DNA of 62,848 nucleotides, the filler included, from Globobulimina sp. (Eukaryota), in NCBI GenBank assembly GCA_003354225.1. It is 23 parts of 23 records of this genome, joined end to end, with 100 filler letters (N's around TTAATTAATTAA, not from the genome) between each part and the next. Parts side by side here need not be neighbours in the genome. Positions count along the whole stretch, not along the records: positions 21,908 to 24,545 come from PIVH01005585.1; positions 24,646 to 27,283 come from PIVH01005586.1; positions 27,384 to 30,020 come from PIVH01005587.1; positions 30,121 to 32,757 come from PIVH01005588.1; positions 32,858 to 35,494 come from PIVH01005589.1; 18 more parts are not named here. The stretch is one strand, 5' to 3'. Below the pieces are notes generated by a model that saw only the letters and a list, made by a program, of their open reading frames with translations, was not told where the DNA came from and ran no database searches. The position numbers and the translations under genes were made by a program. Shown in pieces: positions 23,031 to 33,474 of this stretch (positions are counted from its first letter, which is position 1; the number at the start of each line of letters is the position of its first letter).

Positions 23031-24545
23031 TTAACTGTAATTTCCATGAATTCTTTGGTTTTTTGGATCAAATTTAGATTTAAGAGACACATGACATGGA
23101 TATTTTTGTCCCATTATTTCAATTTTATATTGAATACCATCTGAATTGTGTTCATTCTCACCTCGAATATATTTTGGATTTACAATATCTCCATTTTTAT
23201 TCGCGTGTATAATATATCCAGTCGCAATACTTTTATTTTGTGTATAATCATAAGAAGTTCTCCTTAAATATCCAACACATTGTTCTTCCCTCCAAATGGT
23301 TTCTAATCCATGTAAGCGGACATTTGCATCATTCATTACAACATAAACCAATCTTTTTTGTAAACCAACTTGTTTCTGTTTTAACAATGCCTGTTTACCC
23401 ACAAAATCAATATTTTCATCATTTAACTTAGATTTTGGAACAACAATACCAGCTACACCGGCTTCAAAGGGAGTGTCGAATGGAGAAACATCTTCGTGCC
23501 AATGTAAATATCCCTTCTCGCACGACAACGAATCAATTGCTCGATATCCACCGTTTCGAATTCCATATTTCTTACCTTTTTCCATGATTGATAAATATAT
23601 AAATTCTGCAGATTTGCAAGCAATATGCAATTCAAACCCTAATTCACCAACAAATGTTAATCGAATTGCTCTCAATGTATGATATTTATTGTCACTGCCA
23701 ATCAAATTAATTTCTTTATTGGTTGCAAACGGAAATATATCATTTGATAATATTTCGTTATTTCGATCTGTTTCGCATAGTAATTCGTATAATAACTGTC
23801 TTGAGAATGGTCCCTGTACACTTAACATTGCATAATCATCAGATTTATCCATTAATTTGCAATTATATTTACAATCAATCAAATAATGAGTAATATGTTT
23901 CGCGTCGTGTGTATACGATGCACCACCAGCTGTAATATAAAATTCATTCTCACCGATCCGCGAAACGGCTAAATCACATTCAACATAGCCATTATCATTA
24001 CACATTTGCGTATATATTGTGCTCCCAATCGGTTTATTCATATTATTTGTACATAGAAATTGCAATGCATTCAGTGCATCACTTCCAGACAAGAAAAATT
24101 TACCAAAATAACTCTGATCAAATATAGCTACATTGTGACGACACGCACTCACTTCTTGACCAATAATATTATGATTTACTGCAAAATTAAACGTGTATTC
24201 ATCATCTAATAAATCTCTATATTTATATTCCTGATGTACAGCATATCCATATTCTCCATAATAATCATAATCGAATATTGAAGTATCATTGTGGTCGTTG
24301 TTACTGGTATTAAACCACGCTGGTCTTTCAAATCCATGTCTTTCCTGAAACACACATCCATATTTTAATAATTGATGATGAATTGCGGATGTACGCATAT
24401 TGCGAGATGCCAATGGCTCATCCATCGGAAATACAATACTATAATTTTTAGCGTACGATTCATGGGACCTCTCTCTTATCCATCTGTTGTTGTTTGTTAA
24501 TGATGGATGGAATCTATTTATGTAATATCCAAACATATATAATGA
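23031..24545 (-). CDS. SARDH: Sarcosine/dimethylglycine dehydrogenase, C-terminal folate-binding (GcvT-like) region (5' partial)
   Basis: RERSHESYAKNYSIVFP, FQERHGFERPAWF, IFDQSYFGKF, RLTFVGELGFELH, GYRAIDSLSCEKGY, FDPKNQRIHG. Confidence 0.88.
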   Translation of the reverse strand, partial: SLYMFGYYINRFHPSLTNNNRWIRERSHESYAKNYSIVFPMDEPLASRNMRTSAIHHQLLKYGCVFQERHGFERPAWFNTSNNDHNDTSIFDYDYYGEYGYAVHQEYKYRDLLDDEYTFNFAVNHNIIGQEVSACRHNVAIFDQSYFGKFFLSGSDALNALQFLCTNNMNKPIGSTIYTQMCNDNGYVECDLAVSRIGENEFYITAGGASYTHDAKHITHYLIDCKYNCKLMDKSDDYAMLSVQGPFSRQLLYELLCETDRNNEILSNDIFPFATNKEINLIGSDNKYHTLRAIRLTFVGELGFELHIACKSAEFIYLSIMEKGKKYGIRNGGYRAIDSLSCEKGYLHWHEDVSPFDTPFEAGVAGIVVPKSKLNDENIDFVGKQALLKQKQVGLQKRLVYVVMNDANVRLHGLETIWREEQCVGYLRRTSYDYTQNKSIATGYIIHANKNGDIVNPKYIRGENEHNSDGIQYKIEIMGQKYPCHVSLKSKFDPKNQRIHGNYS

Positions 24546-24645
24546 NNNNNNNNNNNNNNNNNNNNNNNNNNNNNNNNNNNNNNNNNNNNTTAATTAATTA
24601 ANNNNNNNNNNNNNNNNNNNNNNNNNNNNNNNNNNNNNNNNNNNN

Positions 24646-27283
24646 TGCTGTATAAACAGGACAGTCTGAGCGTGGATTTTGGAACGAATCCAATGTCGCC
24701 AATTAGTCGTAATACGACCGGGGAGAGCACAGATACTGAAATAACTGAACATGAATTTGCCAATGAGATCAATAAAGAACAGTTGATTAGTTATGCTCAG
24801 CCACATACAATACCATATATTATGGTTAATTTATTAGAATCTGACGAAATTGGGTTCAGATTTTGTGAGTTGCTGTCGGTTAGAAAAAAAATATTCCGAT
24901 CCAATATACTAAAATGCAATTTTAAAGTAGCTGACATTCAAGAATTGGATAACGATTTTTTGGTTAAAACGTTGTGTGAGAAATTTTGTGTGGAAGAATT
25001 TATTGCAAATAAAGTTCATAGGGATCTATGCCAACAAAGTATAGATATAAACAGTAGAAAAGGTAAAGTGGCGAGGTTTATTGTGGAAGGATTGGGAAAC
25101 AATGAGTATATATTCCCGGTGATTGAATGTATTGAGCAGGCCAAGAAATTGTTTATTGATTTATATAAAAGGCAGTTATGCAAATTTTATGGTTTAATCA
25201 GTGACGGTTTGGAGACATTGGCTACGAAAACCTTCATTGACATCGCAATGGAAATTGAAGATATTGGTATAGAAATTGCGCAAAAGTTATATACACATTT
25301 ACTAACCGTTATTTTGGAGGAAAAATGTAGAATTAAACCATGGAAATGCAGTTTTTGTTGGTTTAGAAACAGGAAGTTATTAATTGGCAAATTGTGGAGA
25401 TTTTATAATATGTCATTTGAGTGTGGCTTATGCGGTAAATCACGAATGAATAATAACATTAATAATAAATCTGTGGCACTTCCATATATCCCATCACTTT
25501 TAGAGAAATTGGATGAAATAAAAGAAGATAAAACAGTCTATTTTAAAGAAGAAGGATTAGTGTTACCGCAGCAACTAAAACAAGAATGGAGCAACATACA
25601 ACAACAAGAATGTTTAGCAGATCTATGGAGTATGGGAAATGAAACCGGTTTAAGGTAAGTTGTTCACTCTATGCCCAGAGCAGATATTTGTGCAAATGTG
25701 ATATTTTAATTTGTGAAGTATGGTTACGTCTGAAGCAGAGAGCAGTGATGAGGAAGACCATGGTATTGATGAACAGCAATACCATGATATATTAAGGATA
25801 GATTCGTCAATTTCAAATGTAACGGATACGCATTTAAATGAAATGTCAAATTGTACGATAATAAATAGAATAAGTGTGATATTAAAACATTTCCATAATT
25901 TAACGAGTGAGTTGCGAGAGAAACATAATAATTTATATCCATACTCAATTGAAGAATTTCTCTGTAAATTGACAGATTATAATGCAATAAAATTAATTGA
26001 CGACGTTGACCATTTATTAAGATATCATCAAATGGAGGAAACAATAAACCATACTCAGCTCAATAAACATGGCATTTTGTGTGAATTAGGAGTAAATGAA
26101 TGTATTTTTTATAAACGATCACAAAGAGAAACACATAATCGATTTGAAAATATGCAAGAAAAGAAAGAATTGTTTCATACACATAATATTTCCGATTTTG
26201 TATACATTTCAGTGTTGGACAGAGCGCATATTTTATTATTCCATTCATCGGAACAGGACACAGAAAAAATAAAAAAATTATTAAAAAGAGATACCGAATC
26301 TATCGCAAAATATTCCAAATATCCAGTTTATAGCACTGGCGTTTTCATGCAATATGATGCATTGAGGTAGTACAAGAATTACATAATGAACACTTATAAA
26401 ACAACTGTGATATTCTATAAAATTCATTATTTAATCCTTGTACTGCTCTAAGTCCGTTACATTTACATTTATTGGAAGAATTAACTGAAAATAAATTATG
26501 CTCAATTACAGATTGTCAATTTGTCCAAGCTTTGGAAAAAGCAAAAAAATTTATGCAATCTAAGAATGGCGCCACAATCTGGGCGTCAACAGAAACAAAC
26601 ATTGAACATGGCATTGAAAAAAATGACCCCATTCAAATGGAACACATACTTTGCATCATTTGTTATTGCGACTTTTCAGATTTATGCGAAGCGTTTAGGA
26701 ATTCTTACCGACATAAAAAGAATGAAACGGAGACTGAGGAGCAGGTAAAACAGAGACACATCGAACATTTTTATTGGTTTGGCCGCTTTGTGTATGGTGC
26801 CATTCAATTTTGCGGCGAGAAACCAAGTAAACCGACTGCTTCATATAAAAATGGTAAACTCACAAATAAAAACCGTCGATTTTACCATGGATTGCGTTCA
26901 AAATTTCTGTTTAATGAATTTTCCGCAACGTTTGAAATACCAACCAGTACCACCTGGGATTTAGGGGTGGCACAAAGGTTTGCGTCAAGTAACAGTTTTG
27001 ATGGAGGTATTATTTTGCAGCTTGGGCCAAAATATAAAACCGAGGTTAATTATAGTCGGTGTTTGGACGTTTCTACAATTTCGGATTTTAGCGCAGAGAA
27101 AGAAAGATTGTTTGCAGGGCTGACTGAGTTAGCAATTATTAATATTATTGATTTAGATTTAGATTTGGAGCAAAAGCGCGAAATGCAAAGGTTTATGAAA
27201 GTTATATTGTATTTTGAACGATTATGTGAACAAACAATCTATCAAAAAGATTATTATACTTATGGGCATTGTAAAACAAGTGA
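24646..27283 (+). CDS. Multi-exon protein with a Cys4 zinc ribbon and a C-terminal ADP-ribosyltransferase-like domain (partial at both ends)
   Basis: GT-AG introns 25655-25718 and 26367-26452 join the three tracked ORFs in frame. Motifs WKCSFC...ECGLCG, FYHG, PTSTT, GGIILQL and LDVSTISDFSAEKERLF. Confidence 0.75.
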
Positions 27284-27383
27284 NNNNNNNNNNNNNNNNN
27301 NNNNNNNNNNNNNNNNNNNNNNNNNNNTTAATTAATTAANNNNNNNNNNNNNNNNNNNNNNNNNNNNNNNNNNNNNNNNNNNN

Positions 27384-27502
27384 GAAAAGCGAATTTTTGT
27401 TGTTTTTAAGAGCATCTGTTTTAACAGTTTGCATTGCTGCTTATTTTGGTTCATAATAAAACAACTCCACATTTTGTATTTATTTATATTTGTCAATATT
27501 TT
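27384..27502 (+). repeat. Exact 119-bp terminal direct repeat (left end of contig 11)
   Basis: Identical to 29902-30020 (gaaaagcgaatttttg...gtcaatatttt). Confidence 0.97.
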
Positions 27503-27722
27503 GTTATTTGTCAATATTTTAAGATGACAAACAACATAAATCTGACACTTTTGATTTTTTCAACCAAAGCTTGTGTTGTTTGTCGTTCAAATCGGAAATT
27601 AATCGATAACATTAGTAACGAACATGATTTATACATAATTACATAAATTTATATCACTACACTTTATCCACTAAAAACAAAGGCCAAAGCAATTGTAGCT
27701 GCTGTTGATTGAAGGAATAACT

Positions 27723-28032
27723 ATGGCATCAAAATGGCATCAAAAAGATTGCGCTATATTTAACAAAAGAAATGTATGTCCATAAAAATAATAAGAAAGA
27801 TGATAAATATTGGCATAAATTAACAGAAATTGATAATATTGAAATGAAAAAACAGGAACAAAGTTTTGCTATAAATTGTCCTCTTGATATTAATCAAATT
27901 GGTGACGATAAATTATATTTATTAAAATTAAAAGTATTACAAAATCATGGCCATGGAAGAACAAATCGGTTTTATCAATTTCAAGTTTATGGTAAATATA
28001 TATATGATGTAATACCCCATGATGACGACTAA
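27723..28032 (+). pseudogene. Orphan C-terminal beta-sandwich (discoidin-like) gene fragment
   Basis: GIKKIALY...YWHKL...LKVLQNHG..RFYQFQVYG. An 11-bp tandem duplication (atggcatcaaa at 27723 and 27734) breaks the frame, and no 5' part is present on the contig. Confidence 0.4.
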
Positions 28033-28381
28033 AACCACTTAAATCTGTGCCTTCTCAGTGTAAAGTTTGAATTTAATTCGCGTGTTTATGATTGCCAGCG
28101 ATGAGTATTTGTCTGAAAAATCACCCACATTGCGTTGAAAAACGTACGTTTTCGGAGGACATGAATGTGCCCAAAATTTACAATTAACTTTTTTGGCTTA
28201 TTTTCGTTTCATTTCAACGATTGGCAAGGTTTTTGGGTTAGCAACAGTGGTTTTCAACTTCGAATCGCAGTTTAAAAAGGTTTTCAACGCCAGTTTTTTT
28301 TTTTGTTGTTTATATATTGAATGGCGCGTTACACCAATTCATCACCATATTACTGAAAACAACAAACAACAAACACATAAC

Positions 28382-29974
28382 ATGCAAACTGAGCTTGTTG
28401 CATCGGCATCGAGACCTGTATCATATGGAAATGATGAATTCGATCGCGAAGAAATGAAACAAAAACAAAAAGTAGATACCGTACAACACGAGTTCGAGTT
28501 TGATATTACAAACCCAACAAACAAAATACAACAAAAATATAGCACTTGTTCGCAAAAGATTTGTAAAGTACCAAGATTAGCATTTGCATTAAGCATGACA
28601 TTGTTTGTTTTAATATTAGGGAATGTGGATAAATTTAAATCAGAATCGACAGACTTATTTATGTCTATTTTAGCCATAATATTGTCAATAATGACGATTA
28701 TATTTGGTGTAGCAACATTAGTTTATATGTGGTTCGAAGCAAAATCGATATCTAAATTTGCAAATATTCCGTTAACGTTTCAAAAACAAAGACAAATACT
28801 TTACGAGAAAATCAATGAAATATTTGGTGTTGTTTACGAAAAAGGAATATATGGTATGGATCGAACAAAGTTTGGTGTGACATTGATATCATTTGTAATA
28901 TATACATCGTTAAATATATTATTGATTGAGTCCATATTTACTTTGCCATCGACAATCGATTGTGACGCTGCAGAAACATTACAAGATCCCTGGTTTCGCG
29001 GGAAATGTGTCGTAAATAAATCGAGTATTTCTATTATTTATACATTTGTTTATGGATTGGTTGTGACGGCATCTTCATATTATCATATTACCGAAGAATG
29101 TGACAAAGTGATTACGACTGAGAGGGAACACTTGGAAAATAAAATAAGAGACACAAAGATTGAACAGCGTTATAACGAAATTAAGCAAGAAATACAAAAA
29201 TGGAGTGATAGACAACGGAGAGAAAACAGAAAAGTAGAACGTAATATACTTTGTGTTGTATGCTTTTTATATCAATTTATTTCTTACGGTATTGTTCGAA
29301 ATGAGATGTTTAGCGGAGATATAAATGGCGGTGCGGTTATATTTGCTTTGTATTTATATATTGGCGATGCTGTGATGTTTGCAATTGTTATATTTGCTGT
29401 TCATGAACAGATATTTTATTTTTATTCGTTGCCAAAGTTAATAATGCTACATTTATCACATCAGTTTAAAGCACAAAATATCAAAGATATCATATTATGG
29501 TGGGAATTGAGGAAATATTATTTATATTGTATTATTCAACTGTATACCTCAGGGATAAGTGGCGTGATATTTGCTGCGTTGTTTGGGAGTGTAATCTGTG
29601 CGGTATTTGGTATATTAACATTAGGTTCATTTGATCCAACAGTATCCGTTCTATTTTTATTTTGGACATTGTACATATTATATATTGCTTTTCATATTGT
29701 ATCGCAAGCTGTAAATTTCCATTCAAAACAATTGTCACATTTTCATACAATTAATAAGGAGCGATTACGATTGAATGCAATACAATATTATGAACCAGAT
29801 GACCAACAATTTGATGAGGAAATGAATGACAAAGTATTTGATATTATATTGGATGATATAAAAGAAAATGATAAACCAATCGTAGTGTTAGGTATTTCAA
29901 TGAAAAGCGAATTTTTGTTGTTTTTAAGAGCATCTGTTTTAACAGTTTGCATTGCTGCTTATTTTGGTTCATAA
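28382..29974 (+). CDS. Multi-pass membrane protein, PHTF/7TM-ion-channel (GRL)-like
   Basis: Several TM helices. NIKDIILWWELRKYY resembles PHTF NIKxWLSLRSYL, and the C-terminal DDIKENDKPIVVLGISMK..LLFLR hairpin resembles the TM7 region of PHTF/DUF3537/GRL proteins. Confidence 0.6.
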   Translation: MQTELVASASRPVSYGNDEFDREEMKQKQKVDTVQHEFEFDITNPTNKIQQKYSTCSQKICKVPRLAFALSMTLFVLILGNVDKFKSESTDLFMSILAIILSIMTIIFGVATLVYMWFEAKSISKFANIPLTFQKQRQILYEKINEIFGVVYEKGIYGMDRTKFGVTLISFVIYTSLNILLIESIFTLPSTIDCDAAETLQDPWFRGKCVVNKSSISIIYTFVYGLVVTASSYYHITEECDKVITTEREHLENKIRDTKIEQRYNEIKQEIQKWSDRQRRENRKVERNILCVVCFLYQFISYGIVRNEMFSGDINGGAVIFALYLYIGDAVMFAIVIFAVHEQIFYFYSLPKLIMLHLSHQFKAQNIKDIILWWELRKYYLYCIIQLYTSGISGVIFAALFGSVICAVFGILTLGSFDPTVSVLFLFWTLYILYIAFHIVSQAVNFHSKQLSHFHTINKERLRLNAIQYYEPDDQQFDEEMNDKVFDIILDDIKENDKPIVVLGISMKSEFLLFLRASVLTVCIAAYFGS

Positions 29975-30020
29975 TAAAACAACTCCACATTTTGTATTTA
30001 TTTATATTTGTCAATATTTT
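29902..30020 (+). repeat. Exact 119-bp terminal direct repeat (right end of contig 11)
   Basis: Identical to 27384-27502. Confidence 0.97.
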
Positions 30021-30489
30021 NNNNNNNNNNNNNNNNNNNNNNNNNNNNNNNNNNNNNNNNNNNNTTAATTAATTAANNNNNNNNNNNNNNNNNNNNNNNN
30101 NNNNNNNNNNNNNNNNNNNNTTTCATACGATATGTTGACAGCAATTGATGAGAGTGAAGAGATAAGTTTTAGCAGCCTCAGTAGCAAATATTTACCGGAT
30201 GATAGAGCAATATTAGCAAGTACAAGTTCACAGAATTCAGAAAATTCAGATAAATTAAAATTATTATAATTTTAATTTTATTTCGTTTTTTATTTACATA
30301 TACATCAATTGCTTTGAATTCAAACGATCGAGTTTCAACGGATAATCTCATTTGATTAGTCAGAAAATAATTTCCATGCACATACTCCTAAGATCCTATG
30401 TAAAATTGTTTGCTGACGAATTAAAGTTGTTGTTTCACAAAGCTTTGCTTAAGTATTTAACGTTTACATCAACTACACATTCGCTGACA

Positions 30490-31014
30490 ATGTCCAAACC
30501 AGTAAACCTATTGGAGTTTCATGCAAACAGATGTCTGTTCTTACGTTATGATAACAAGAACATTGAAAATAAGAAACTAAGAGAAGATTTATTGAATAAC
30601 AACTTGGCAATGAAAATCTCGCGAAACATGGTTCGTGAGGATTATGTCAGGGATGTTGTGACTAATCAGAATATTATCGGCTTTATTACAAAAGTCGATG
30701 GAAAATACGCAGGATTCGTGTTGTATAAACACATTTGTGATACATTTTATTTATCTCTGATAGCAACGCAAGAAAATCTTGATATTCCGCTTGGAAAAAT
30801 TCTAATGAAAAAAATGGAAAAGGAAGCAGCAGAAAAGAAAATAATGAAACTTCAAGCAGATGCTGGTGAGGATGTAGTTGGCTTTTATACAAAGCTGGGA
30901 TGGAATGTTGTATATTTTAATAATGTGTCTCAAGAATATGCCATACAAAAGAATGTGCATAAATTAAATGCATCTGACTCTGACTCAATGAAATTTACAA
31001 TGAAAGAGCTGTGA
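30490..31014 (+). CDS. GNAT-family N-acetyltransferase
   Basis: YAGFVLY, FYLSLIAT, LGKILMKKME, VVGFYTKLGW; likely ATG at 30490. Confidence 0.8.
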   Translation: MSKPVNLLEFHANRCLFLRYDNKNIENKKLREDLLNNNLAMKISRNMVREDYVRDVVTNQNIIGFITKVDGKYAGFVLYKHICDTFYLSLIATQENLDIPLGKILMKKMEKEAAEKKIMKLQADAGEDVVGFYTKLGWNVVYFNNVSQEYAIQKNVHKLNASDSDSMKFTMKEL

Positions 31015-31335
31015 CAGCTTTCATTCATAATCTCTTTGTTAATTATTTGACTTATTTATTGTGGTTTTATTCATGTATTTAAAGTAATTTAAACGAGTTG
31101 ATAAGGTTTCCTTTGCAATCGGAATAGCATTGTAAAGTCGTAATTGACAATATTTAATTATGTTAATTTTTCTAGACTCTTGAAAAACCGTAGCACATGA
31201 AAATAAAAAGAAATACCGAGTAGAAGCAAATAGTCGTGTAGTAGAAGAGAAAAATTTCTACCCAATGATTAAATAAATATGGCAGTGTTCAATACACCAA
31301 AAAAGAAGTCAAGCAAAATATGCATTATAAGGAAA

Positions 31336-32757
31336 TCAATCATAAATATCAGCATTATGTCTACAATTTGATTCATTTAGTAATATTTCTTCCATTTCAG
31401 ATTGAATTAAATTAACACAACGAATCAACAAATTTGTTCCCAATTTAATGTTTAATAATTTATGTTGGAACATTTTATTTAATTTTTTTTCAATTAACAT
31501 TTGAGTGATACGATTCGATAATGATTCAAACTTATTCCTGTTCCCATTTTTATTATAAATTTGTCGGTTTAAAACTGTACATATCTCTGGTTTAAGTCTG
31601 TTAAATGGATATCCGATCCCTATATTAAATATACTTTGCATTAATAACTGTGTTCTCATCATACTCTCATTCTTCTCGTCATTATATTCAATATCGCGAC
31701 AGATTGATATTTGAAGATTTATTTCATCCTTTTTTACATTTACATTCTCCCCCAATATATTTATAACAACTTTGTATTCTTTTTGTGTTTCCACCGCATT
31801 TTTAATTACATTTATAGCACAGCGTAACTCTGCAATGCCAGTGATTAACTGTATAATTTCATAAATGACAACTTTTAAATCTGATATGGTTTGGATTTTT
31901 TGTTGAATATTTAATTTATTTCCAATTTCATACACCATATTTATGAGATATTGACTAAATTTATCCTTATATTTCGGTGATGGATGTTTTGTGAATTTAA
32001 TATTAAAAACTTTCTGTGTCTGATAATCAAATTGCATACAAAATGATACATTTTTGAGTAAAATGATTTCAATTTCATTCTGAGTCATTTTATTCAATTT
32101 TATTCCACTGCAACCATTTAAAAAACCGATGGTATTTATTATTTCATTCATTTCAGTTTTATTTTTATCGATTTCCACAAAATCTTTTTTTAAATCATTT
32201 ACCTTTTTCTCTGCAAATGACACATTTTTTTTTGACTCAATTCTTTTTTGTTTCTCATTATTTAATATTTTCGCGTATTTATTTTGCCTCTGTTCCACAG
32301 CACAAATTAGTTTCTCATTTTCAAATATCTCATTTTGAATCGACGATAAATTTTTATTCGTATCAAATTCTTTCAATTTGTTAATATTTTGCTGTCGGCC
32401 ATTGCATTTATTCTCTAACTCACAATAAATCTGTGTCAATGATGCAAAATCTTGCTTTAAATTGTCATAATTTTCACTCATTTTCTCATTCATATTTCGC
32501 AAACATTCGTATTTTTTGTTATCAAAAATAATTTGATTTTTTAAATTAAAATACTCGCAAACGGACTTAATGGATTCGCTTTTGCCATATTCCTCGATAT
32601 TATTCATTAAAAGCACATTATTTTCAGTCACATTTCTATCCATTTTGACTTGCAAAGTATTTATATTTTGCGCATTATTTAGGATTTCACTGTTTACATT
32701 GCTCGATAATTTATTAAATTCATCAAATTCAATCCGATCACACACTTCTTGCAAAAT
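31336..32757 (-). CDS. Coiled-coil protein, possibly KNL1/Spc7-like C-terminus (5' partial)
   Basis: Long heptad region followed by an alpha/beta (RWD-like) tail. The family assignment is tentative. Confidence 0.45.
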   Translation of the reverse strand: MLQEVCDRIEFDEFNKLSSNVNSEILNNAQNINTLQVKMDRNVTENNVLLMNNIEEYGKSESIKSVCEYFNLKNQIIFDNKKYECLRNMNEKMSENYDNLKQDFASLTQIYCELENKCNGRQQNINKLKEFDTNKNLSSIQNEIFENEKLICAVEQRQNKYAKILNNEKQKRIESKKNVSFAEKKVNDLKKDFVEIDKNKTEMNEIINTIGFLNGCSGIKLNKMTQNEIEIILLKNVSFCMQFDYQTQKVFNIKFTKHPSPKYKDKFSQYLINMVYEIGNKLNIQQKIQTISDLKVVIYEIIQLITGIAELRCAINVIKNAVETQKEYKVVINILGENVNVKKDEINLQISICRDIEYNDEKNESMMRTQLLMQSIFNIGIGYPFNRLKPEICTVLNRQIYNKNGNRNKFESLSNRITQMLIEKKLNKMFQHKLLNIKLGTNLLIRCVNLIQSEMEEILLNESNCRHNADIYD

Positions 32758-32857
32758 NNNNNNNNNNNNNNNNNNNNNNNNNNNNNNNNNNNNNNNNNNN
32801 NTTAATTAATTAANNNNNNNNNNNNNNNNNNNNNNNNNNNNNNNNNNNNNNNNNNNN

Positions 32858-33295
32858 TCGGCTGTGGAAGAAGAAGAAGATACAGACAAAGCTGTCGTGA
32901 TTGCCAAAGAGACGAAAGTCGAAGATGATGTTAAGTGTTTCAGCGTTTCTGATGTTTATGACGCCACAAATTAACAATTGTTTACAATGTAGGACACAAA
33001 AAAAGAAAGTGAAGAGAGCACTGTTAGCATTAAAAAAGTCGAGGCCAAAGCTGTCGTTGCACCCGTTTCGATCCATCGACATATCCATATTCATCAACAT
33101 CATCACGAAAAAAGTGCCAAAGGTGACAAAGAAATGTATATTAAATGTACGCGATGTGGTTTACATAATTCCCCATCAGCTGGAACCTGCGTTGCTTGTT
33201 ATAAATTATTGCAAATGGTCCCGTGCAAAAAATGTGGCTTATTCAATCGGGATACATTTACAAATTGTTCTGCCTGTTATGAGCCATTAAAATGA
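32858..33295 (+). CDS. 3' end of a gene with a His-rich stretch and a double zinc ribbon (not in ORF track)
   Basis: Intron 32930-32992. The last exon translates to ...HRHIHIHQHHHE...CTRCGLHN....CVAC...CKKCGLFN....CSACYEPLK*. Confidence 0.75.
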
Positions 33296-33474
33296 TCTGT
33301 GAGCCGGTCAGTGGTTAATTTGCCAGAAACCTTTTTTTAAAGCATTGCAAAAGTGACGTAAACACATTATATTTATTAATTTATATTTTATACACTTTAA
33401 ACCAGCTCCCTTGCCCAGACAACCTCATTTGTATACATTCTACATTTCAAATCGCCAGAATCAAGCATCGAATT

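Noticed and set aside
32901..33290. Tracked 129-aa ORF
   Set aside because: Wrong frame; the spliced frame ending at 33295 gives a clear double zinc ribbon.
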